Below, piece by piece: positions 1 through 4,900 of a stretch of 8,349 nucleotides of DNA (positions within the stretch are counted from its first letter, which is position 1; each line of letters begins with the position of its first letter). The position numbers and the translations under genes were made by a program. Source of the stretch: a virus; the IMG/VR virus record IMGVR_UViG_3300013947_000211, positions 3,846 through 12,194 of that record; one strand, 5' to 3'. Under the pieces are notes generated by a model, which was not told the origin of the DNA, did no database searches, and saw nothing but the letters and a program-made list of their open reading frames with translations.

Positions 1-26
1 TGTATTATAACTTCTACTTCTACCAT
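1..26 (-). CDS. 5' end of an unidentified gene running off the left edge (MVEVEVII...)
   Basis: ATG at 26..24 is preceded by GAAAGGAGG (40..32) with a 5-nt spacer. Only 8 codons are visible, so the product is unknown. By position, downstream of the late-activator-like gene, it could be the first late or packaging gene (inference). Confidence 0.45.
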
Positions 27-46
27 ATTATCCTCCTTTCGTAAAA

Positions 47-121
47 TGGTTGCGGGTAATGGAATTGAACCATTATTCTTTAGCCTCTGAAACTAATATG
101 TTACCGTTACACCATCCCGCT
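47..121 (-). tRNA. Phage-encoded tRNA, anticodon CAG (nominally Leu), atypical class-I shape
   Basis: The reverse complement folds as a cloverleaf. The acceptor core is GCGGG/CCCGC. U8, A14, the GG of the D-loop and A21 are present. D-stem is GTGT/ACAT. Anticodon stem is TTAGT/GCTAA with loop TT-CAG-AG. The variable loop is 5 nt (AGAAT). T-arm is AATGG-TTCAATT-CCATT. Discriminator is A and CCA is encoded (49..47). Oddities are A.A at both 1:72 and 7:66, and no long variable arm. Confidence 0.7.
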
Positions 122-201
122 TATTTATAATCATTTAGAATATTAAGTACAATTGCTATACTTGCTATTGTTATTAATAATACTAAACCAATTATGATCA
201 T
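121..201 (-). CDS. 26-aa hydrophobic mini-ORF (MIIIGLVLLITIASIAIVLNILNDYK), candidate single-pass membrane peptide
   Basis: Hand translation gives ATG at 201..199 and TAA at 123..121. AAAGGA lies 7 nt upstream of the ATG. The peptide is one uninterrupted hydrophobic helix with a polar C-terminal NDYK. The stop codon abuts the first tRNA nucleotide. It is below the size cutoff of the ORF track and could be fortuitous. Confidence 0.3.
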   Translation of the reverse strand: MIIIGLVLLITIASIAIVLNILNDYK

Positions 202-228
202 TTATTTTTCCTTTCTTTTTTTAATAAA

Positions 229-400
229 CACTGTACTAATATTTATTTATATGGCCTCCTAGATAGTTGTTAGCTAGGTTCTATCTCTAATTTGGGTTAA
301 TTCTTCTTACCGCGTAAGAGTGACACGATAACTAAATACCCTTGTATATTTTCCCTTTTCGAGTAATACAACTATAACCTCAATAAATATCAGTACAGTG
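229..400. repeat. 19-nt inverted repeat arms (229..247 and 382..400) enclosing 134 nt
   Basis: cactgtactaatatttatt compared with the reverse complement of aataaatatcagtacagtg gives 18/19 complementary positions. The single mismatch is 238:391. Confidence 0.9.
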
Positions 401-404
401 CACA

Positions 405-429
405 TAAAAAAACAACCATTAAGGTTGTT
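405..429 (-). terminator. Terminator-like hairpin plus U-tract on the minus strand (may instead be an internal helix of the ncRNA)
   Basis: The minus strand reads AACAACC-TTAAT-GGTTGTT followed by TTTTT-A-TGTG. The stem is only 7 bp and of moderate strength. It sits between the two structured halves of the non-coding region. Confidence 0.3.
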
Positions 430-535
430 GGGACCGCAACGGGTCAATGTTAGTACATTATTAGTACCGTATTAAGTAAATCAGACGCATAAGGGTTCAA
501 ACCTTATTTATTAAATGCTCATATAATCAGCGCCC

Positions 536-656
536 GATTTACTCAATACGCTACCAGTAAGGTAGCAGTACATATTTACTAGCACCATAGAGTAAATAGT
601 CAACTCGAGTTCTTATAATCTATAAACTATCTACTCTATGCTACTAATAAAGTAGC
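536..656. repeat. Two copies of a ~30-nt unit (536..566 and 626..656) ending in hairpin gctacY-aRtaa-RGtagc
   Basis: tactcaatacGCTACCagtaaGGTAGCa compared with tactc-tatGCTACTaataaAGTAGCa. The C:G closing pair of copy 1 is replaced by T:A in copy 2, a compensatory double change. Confidence 0.8.
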
Positions 657-775
657 ACGGTGATTTTATTGTCTTATTTATAGACAATGTGCAAGATAAT
701 ACAATTTGAAAGGAGGTATAAAAAAGAACATTTTTTAAACCTGGTTATCTGTTATCGGCTTCTATTTTTCTGAAT

Positions 776-982
776 TTAATACTTTATAGATGACATAGAA
801 CATAATAAAATATTAAATCCCCCAAGAATAGTAACTTGCGTATTATCTTCCACATCGGCTATAAAGCCGACTGGGGTTTTTGAACCAAGTAAAGGTATGA
901 AAGACACTTTTTGTGTAATCTTCCACAATAACATTGTATACCAAATTAATAGGACATAGTAGGACATAATGTGACATTCCAT
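776..982 (-). CDS. Hypothetical small protein with two hydrophobic segments (possible membrane protein)
   Basis: 68-aa ORF in the track. Its ATG overlaps the upstream TAA as TAATG, which suggests translational coupling, and there is no own SD. Hydrophobic stretches are SYYVLLIWYTMLLW and VTILGGFNILLCSM. It has no recognisable family and could be spurious. Confidence 0.45.
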   Translation of the reverse strand: MECHIMSYYVLLIWYTMLLWKITQKVSFIPLLGSKTPVGFIADVEDNTQVTILGGFNILLCSMSSIKY

Positions 983-1389
983 TATTTTTTTGCGTTACTA
1001 TATAAACGGCAGCAATGTCTTGTTGAATAATTAAATGTTTTACTTATTTCTTCCCATTTCCATTTTAATGTATCTCTGAAGAAAACTATACATTCTTCTA
1101 TAGGTTTGGATCTTATCATTTCTCTTATTTCATTAATTGCTTGCTCTTTGTAGGAATCATATGAGGCTTTCACTATATCAAACTCACTTTCTAACTCTTC
1201 TCTTTTTACAAATTTATTTAACATTATATCTCCCTTTTTACCGCCCCCTACAACAATATCTTTCCAAGTAATAGCAGTAACTAAGCTCATTAATCTGTGT
1301 TCTTTTTCTGCTATCTTAATTAATCTGCATTTTAATACTTTCATTTCATCAAACAATTCTTTAATAGTTAATTTTTTCTCTAATATCAC
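982..1389 (-). CDS. Phage transcriptional regulator, sigma-70 region-4-type HTH (RinA/ArpU/DUF1492-class late-gene activator-like)
   Basis: GTG start 4 nt after GGAGG (1398..1394). The C-terminus IVFFRDTLKWKWEEISKTFNYSTRHCCRLYSNA fits the pattern seen in Firmicute phage late activators (hydrophobic-R-x-x-x-x-x-W-x-E-I-x-x-x-x-x-Y-S-x-R-H/x-x-x-R-x-x-x-x-A). The central LVTAITWKDIVVGGG..GD segment resembles the DUF1492 core. Its position just before the non-coding region and the next module agrees. The family call rests on motif memory only. Confidence 0.75.
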   Translation of the reverse strand: MILEKKLTIKELFDEMKVLKCRLIKIAEKEHRLMSLVTAITWKDIVVGGGKKGDIMLNKFVKREELESEFDIVKASYDSYKEQAINEIREMIRSKPIEECIVFFRDTLKWKWEEISKTFNYSTRHCCRLYSNAKK

Positions 1390-1397
1390 TTAACCTC

Positions 1398-1829
1398 CTA
1401 TTTTGTAAATTTCCAATTATTTATTTTTATATTATTCTTTTTTGCATATAGTAAAAATGCTTGCTTTTCTGCTTCATTTCTAAAACCTATCAAAATACTT
1501 GGTGGTGTAGGCAAATGTTCTTCGGTTGGTTTCCAGATATGTAAACAATGCTCGTGATTATTTACATAATCTTCTTTTCTAGGATGATACTCAACACAGC
1601 ACTCACTTTCGTTCCAGAATATATCCTTCATCATACACATTTGTTCCCAACTAGGTGTTTTACTTGGCATACTTACTGACAAGTGTTCCCATCCCATTTG
1701 GTAACTAAATATGAAGTTAAGTCTTTTATTATTAAATCTATCGTAATAATAACCACCTATTCCATCATTGTCAGTTTCTGCTCCAATAACTAAATTAGGT
1801 GTGTTTTTAATTTCTTCTAATGATTTCAA
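1398..1829 (-). CDS. Hypothetical protein with conserved GWEHLSVS ... HPRKEDYVNNHEHCLHIW motif (possible metal-binding)
   Basis: TTG start with GGAGG 7 nt upstream (1841..1837) and no nearby in-frame ATG. The stop TAG overlaps the next gene's SD. The motif block looks like a widespread phage domain of unknown function that I cannot name with certainty. Confidence 0.85.
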   Translation of the reverse strand: MKSLEEIKNTPNLVIGAETDNDGIGGYYYDRFNNKRLNFIFSYQMGWEHLSVSMPSKTPSWEQMCMMKDIFWNESECCVEYHPRKEDYVNNHEHCLHIWKPTEEHLPTPPSILIGFRNEAEKQAFLLYAKKNNIKINNWKFTK

Positions 1830-1843
1830 TATTAATCCTCCGT

Positions 1844-2278
1844 TCAGTTCCGTTTAGATCCGTTCACTATTTCTTTATATTTATTTAAAACTTTCATCAA
1901 CATATCAGTTTCTATCTCTCTTATATCATATTGTGTATGTAAATTCTCAACGATTAGAGGATTTTTGCATTTATAGTCATTTACTTCACATTCTAACCAG
2001 TCTATAAACTCCTTTTGTTGTTTTGCCATATTACATACTTTTGATTGATTTAACTGCATATTTTTAAATGCGTTTTTGTTTTGATTGTCTAAATCTTTTA
2101 TATCTTTTTTATATTCATCAACTTGTTTCTTTAATTCCTTGTTTTCTTCTTCTAACCTATTATGTTCTTCTTCATCAAAGCAATGTGTTGTACATCTTAA
2201 TTGAGATTTTAGTTCTTCGTTTTCTTCTTGTAATTTTGATATTTCTAGTTCTCTAATTAAATCTTTATCAGTCATCAT
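1844..2278 (-). CDS. Hypothetical coiled-coil protein
   Basis: The ATGATG start overlaps the upstream gene's end by 11 nt. The N-terminal half is a heptad-like E/K/L-rich sequence. Confidence 0.8.
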   Translation of the reverse strand: MMTDKDLIRELEISKLQEENEELKSQLRCTTHCFDEEEHNRLEEENKELKKQVDEYKKDIKDLDNQNKNAFKNMQLNQSKVCNMAKQQKEFIDWLECEVNDYKCKNPLIVENLHTQYDIREIETDMLMKVLNKYKEIVNGSKRN

Positions 2279-2507
2279 TCCATCCTAATTCATTTATTTG
2301 CTGGTTTATTGCTTGTAATAATTTAACATTAAACCAACTTGCTTTATTTTCTTTTCTATAAACCATTACGCATTTGTGATTAAAATTAAATATTATTTGT
2401 GGTGCATAATCTCCACTTTTAGAATAATTAATCTCATCTTGTTTTTCTTCAAAATAACTTTCTTGATATATATATCCTAATTCTTCAAATATATCTTTAG
2501 CACTCAT
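2268..2507 (-). CDS. Hypothetical protein
   Basis: ATG 5 nt after GGAGG. The upstream stop TAA lies directly before the ATG. The sequence is globular-looking (FEELGY...ELGW). Confidence 0.85.
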   Translation of the reverse strand: MSAKDIFEELGYIYQESYFEEKQDEINYSKSGDYAPQIIFNFNHKCVMVYRKENKASWFNVKLLQAINQQINELGWNDD

Positions 2508-2738
2508 TTATTCCTCCACTAAGTAGCAATTGTTTGCACTAATTAAGTAAGTTTTTCCATTAGACTTTATTTGTATTTGTTCACCATCATAATCGTTCCA
2601 TTTATCTATATCTAGTTCAAATTTATCGCCATTGTAATTACAATATGCTTTATTGAAAGTGTATTTAAAATCAAATACTTGTCTATTACAACCAGTTATT
2701 AATAAAACTGGTACTATTAATAATAAAATTTTCTTCAT
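2508..2738 (-). CDS. Small secreted lipoprotein (signal peptide plus lipobox LITG|C)
   Basis: The N-terminus MKKILLLIVPVLLITGC has a basic n-region, a hydrophobic core and a lipobox cysteine at residue 17. GGAG is upstream. The ATG overlaps the previous stop (AAATGA). Confidence 0.85.
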   Translation of the reverse strand: MKKILLLIVPVLLITGCNRQVFDFKYTFNKAYCNYNGDKFELDIDKWNDYDGEQIQIKSNGKTYLISANNCYLVEE

Positions 2739-2956
2739 TTGTTCTCCTCTTCTAAAAGTCTTCTATTGTATTCATCAATTCCTAATTTTAACACTAAATC
2801 TAATTTTTCTTTTTCAATTATATTAGGAATTATATTATTTTCCTCGCAATATCTTTCTATTGCTTTTAATGTTTCTTTATCATGGTTACTTACAATTTCA
2901 GTAATCATCTTTTCAGTGTAAGTGGTTATGCAATTTTCTCCATCATAATCAATCAT
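2735..2956 (-). CDS. Hypothetical protein
   Basis: ATG 8 nt after AAAGGAG. Tightly packed with its neighbours. Confidence 0.8.
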   Translation of the reverse strand: MIDYDGENCITTYTEKMITEIVSNHDKETLKAIERYCEENNIIPNIIEKEKLDLVLKLGIDEYNRRLLEEENK

Positions 2957-2958
2957 AA

Positions 2959-3324
2959 TTATTTCTCCTTTAAATTGTTGATTTCATCTATTAGTTCATT
3001 CAATTTGTCTATCGTTGTAGATAATGCTTCATCAATCTCACATTCACTATTTGGGCTTAGTTTTAAAATATTTGCAAAATAATCTTCACCTTCTTTTTCT
3101 TTATAAGTTTCTAATTTTCCTATCTTCTTTGGTTCTTCGATTATTTCTACATAGTCGTTTAAAAATTCAACAATTTCAAAATTCCTTCTTTTTTCAAACT
3201 CTTTATAAATATTGAACAAAAAATCATTTTTTATCCAAGTAGCACTATTATATTTCGTTTTTACACTTATTTCTTCTTCCCCATTTGCAATTTTTACTAA
3301 TAAATCTTTTACTTTAATTTTCAT
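2959..3324 (-). CDS. Hypothetical protein
   Basis: ATG after AGAGGTGA, with the upstream stop directly adjacent. Confidence 0.8.
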   Translation of the reverse strand: MKIKVKDLLVKIANGEEEISVKTKYNSATWIKNDFLFNIYKEFEKRRNFEIVEFLNDYVEIIEEPKKIGKLETYKEKEGEDYFANILKLSPNSECEIDEALSTTIDKLNELIDEINNLKEK

Positions 3325-3528
3325 TTACTTCACCTCTTTCAATTCACCTTCTAAAAAACTAATTATAACAACTAATTCTTCACATCTTCTTATTGTATCT
3401 AAATCACTTATTATTAAAGTTTCAGTTGCTATACTTACACCTAACTCTTTATGTAATTCGATTAATTCTTTTTTATATTCATCAACTGGTTTTAAAAACT
3501 TAAATTCGCCGTAATCTTTTATTTTCAT
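3325..3528 (-). CDS. Hypothetical protein
   Basis: ATG after AGGAGGTAAGAA. ATGA overlap with the upstream gene. Confidence 0.8.
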   Translation of the reverse strand: MKIKDYGEFKFLKPVDEYKKELIELHKELGVSIATETLIISDLDTIRRCEELVVIISFLEGELKEVK

Positions 3529-3728
3529 TTCTTACCTCCTTTGTATTTTCTCTTTATAAATGGATGTACCCAGTAATTACATTGTGGACATACTACACCA
3601 CTAAAATCAGTAGAACAATATTTTATATCTTCCTCCATATACGTAAATTCACAACCGCAAGTCCTACATTTTGTAATGTAAATTCTTTTATCTGGTGGTG
3701 TTTTAGTTCCTTTTTTAATTATTTTCAT
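3525..3728 (-). CDS. Small zinc-ribbon protein (CxxC ... CxxC)
   Basis: CRTC at residues 21-24 and CPQC at 47-50, plus a basic C-terminal tail KRKYKGGKK. GGAGG is 9 nt upstream. Confidence 0.85.
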   Translation of the reverse strand: MKIIKKGTKTPPDKRIYITKCRTCGCEFTYMEEDIKYCSTDFSGVVCPQCNYWVHPFIKRKYKGGKK

Positions 3729-3936
3729 TATCTTCTACCTCCTCTATTAAACCATCTTTTTTAAGCATTTTTAAAATTCTATTATTCTTATCATTACAAG
3801 ATATTTCTCTCGAATGAAACCAAATGCGAATGTATGTAGAGCAGTCTTTGCTGCTCCAAAAAATACTACCGCTGTCTGAAGATTCAAAAGGATAATTTTT
3901 TAATATTTTTAAGTCTATATTATCTTTAATCTTCAT
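3715..3936 (-). CDS. Hypothetical protein, shorter paralog of the gene at 3926..4270
   Basis: Shares K-x-NIDL-x-x-L-x-x-Y-x-F at the N-terminus, an internal HSREI, and an acidic L(I/V)E(E/K)V tail with the upstream gene. Confidence 0.8.
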   Translation of the reverse strand: MKIKDNIDLKILKNYPFESSDSGSIFWSSKDCSTYIRIWFHSREISCNDKNNRILKMLKKDGLIEEVEDNENN

Positions 3937-4270
3937 TATTACCTACTTTCTCGACTAAATTGGCGTTTATTAAGTCGTATAATGCGTCATACTCTTCATT
4001 AGCGAATTCATTGTAGTAGTAACCTTCATTACTTCCTTCAGTTGTACCATATTGTGCTCTATCTACCCATCTACATTTTGGGTTTGACGATTTGAATACA
4101 ATTATTCCTTCGGCTTGTATTTCTCTACTGTGATCCGTGCTTCCATTTTCACAACTGATGCAATAACAAGGAATGTAAACAGTCTTCATTCTCACCCAAA
4201 AACTGTATTTCTCAATAAAACCGTATTTTTCTAATTCATTTAAATCAATATTTTCCTTTAATCTCAACAT
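3926..4270 (-). CDS. Hypothetical protein, longer paralog of the gene at 3715..3936
   Basis: ATG after AGGTGAGATAG. See the shared motifs listed for 3715..3936. Confidence 0.85.
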   Translation of the reverse strand: MLRLKENIDLNELEKYGFIEKYSFWVRMKTVYIPCYCISCENGSTDHSREIQAEGIIVFKSSNPKCRWVDRAQYGTTEGSNEGYYYNEFANEEYDALYDLINANLVEKVGNNED

Positions 4271-4377
4271 CTATCTCACCTACTATAACCCTTTCTCCTG
4301 TTACTATATTTTCACAGTAAATATATTTATTTTCTATAAAGAATTTTAAGTATTTTGCTACTTTTATTTTTACTATA

Positions 4378-4578
4378 TCAAGCATTCTTTTCTTCATTAT
4401 TTAATTCCTTTAATGCTTTATTCATAATATTTCTAATTGCTTTTATATGCTCTATAAGTAGTTCCTTATCTCCACTTTGAATTTGAAATATTTCATATGC
4501 TGCATATGCTGTTAGATTACTGTTATTTGATAAAATTTTTATAACTAATGACTTTGCAACTTTTACTACATCACTCAT
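4378..4578 (-). CDS. Hypothetical protein (66 aa from ATG 4578; the track's 74-aa version starts at TTG 4602)
   Basis: The track start at 4602 is TTG and gives a 32-nt overlap. The in-frame ATG at 4578 has AAGGG 8 nt upstream and reduces the overlap with the upstream gene to 8 nt. Confidence 0.7.
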   Translation of the reverse strand: MSDVVKVAKSLVIKILSNNSNLTAYAAYEIFQIQSGDKELLIEHIKAIRNIMNKALKELNNEEKNA

Positions 4579-4900
4579 TATTTTTGCCCTTGAGTATTGC
4601 AATATTTATTTCAGCAATATCGATTATTGCATCACCAGAATATATTATCTCGTGAGTTGGTTTGTAAAATTCTTTTATTTGATTTATATCTTTTCGATTA
4701 TGTGCTATTGCATCTTTAATTCTTTTTTTTAATGTGTCATTCTCTTCTTTTAATTCCCAATATTGAATTTCAAAATCTTCTAAATGGCATAGCATCTTAA
4801 ATTTTGCTTTTGCATTTTCATCCTTATATTGACCTTTTGAAAGACATCTTGCTTTCATTTCTTCCTTTAATCTTGTTTCTTCTAATGTTAATGGGTTCAT
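4571..4900 (-). CDS. Hypothetical coiled-coil protein
   Basis: ATG after AAAGGAG. TAATG overlap with the upstream gene. Confidence 0.8.
   Translation of the reverse strand: MNPLTLEETRLKEEMKARCLSKGQYKDENAKAKFKMLCHLEDFEIQYWELKEENDTLKKRIKDAIAHNRKDINQIKEFYKPTHEIIYSGDAIIDIAEINIAILKGKNNE

Larger units (their letters stand above)
229..741 (-). ncRNA. Candidate large structured non-coding RNA (ROOL/GOLLD-like by size and context; family unverified)
   Basis: No ORF on either strand across 202..775.
Long helices:
- 229-247/382-400 (18 WC pairs of 19 positions)
- 468-482/536-550 (14 of 15)
- 586-600/626-640 (14 of 15)
Hairpins:
- 305-310/314-319
- 411-417/423-429
- 432-436/440-445
- 489-494/502-507
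- 550-555/561-566
- 640-645/651-656
- 668-674/682-688
- 715-725/731-741
All three long-helix mismatches are A.C on the plus strand (238:391, 474:544, 595:631), which is G.U only on the minus strand. GC-rich islands stand out against the AT-rich background. The boundaries given are approximate. Confidence 0.45.

Noticed and set aside
47-121. The tRNA as a prophage attachment site (att core) marking a phage-host junction
   Set aside because: The tRNA is full length, co-oriented with the operon, and flanked on both sides by phage-style minus-strand genes with strong SDs. No integrase and no duplicated tRNA 3' segment is visible in the window. This cannot be fully excluded without flanking sequence.
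604-609. CTCGAG palindrome (within aactcgagtt) as a functional site
   Set aside because: It is a single short palindrome. It is more simply a small element within the module-2 loop of the structured region, and there is no evidence for a specific role.
468-656. Repeats as a mini CRISPR array
   Set aside because: There are only two diverged copies with unequal spacing. The copies are part of longer complementary helices, and there are no cas genes.
711-716. Plus-strand AGGAGG as a ribosome-binding site for a plus-strand gene
   Set aside because: No ATG, GTG or TTG lies at a usable distance, and the downstream frame hits TAA within a few codons. It is better explained as part of RNA structure (hairpin 715-725/731-741 and complementarity to 255-260).
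202-775. Riboswitch or T-box leader, retron msr/msd, TnpB/IscB omega-RNA, tracrRNA, or group I intron
   Set aside because: There is no metabolic or aaRS gene downstream. No reverse transcriptase, TnpB/IscB or Cas gene is in the window. There are no split exons flanking the region. No diagnostic motifs of these classes were recognised by eye, but a covariance-model scan would be needed to be certain.
855-870. GC-rich hairpin tcggct-ataa-agccga as a terminator
   Set aside because: It lies inside the 68-aa ORF. On the minus strand no U-tract follows. On the plus strand the T-run is separated from the stem by 6 nt, and there is no plus-strand gene to terminate.
4378-4380. Global TGA recoding (a genetic code with TGA as sense)
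   Set aside because: SSB terminates at TGA right after its canonical acidic-aromatic FPF tail. Several other genes also end at TGA with the next start overlapping, so TGA is a normal stop here. Only local read-through remains possible.
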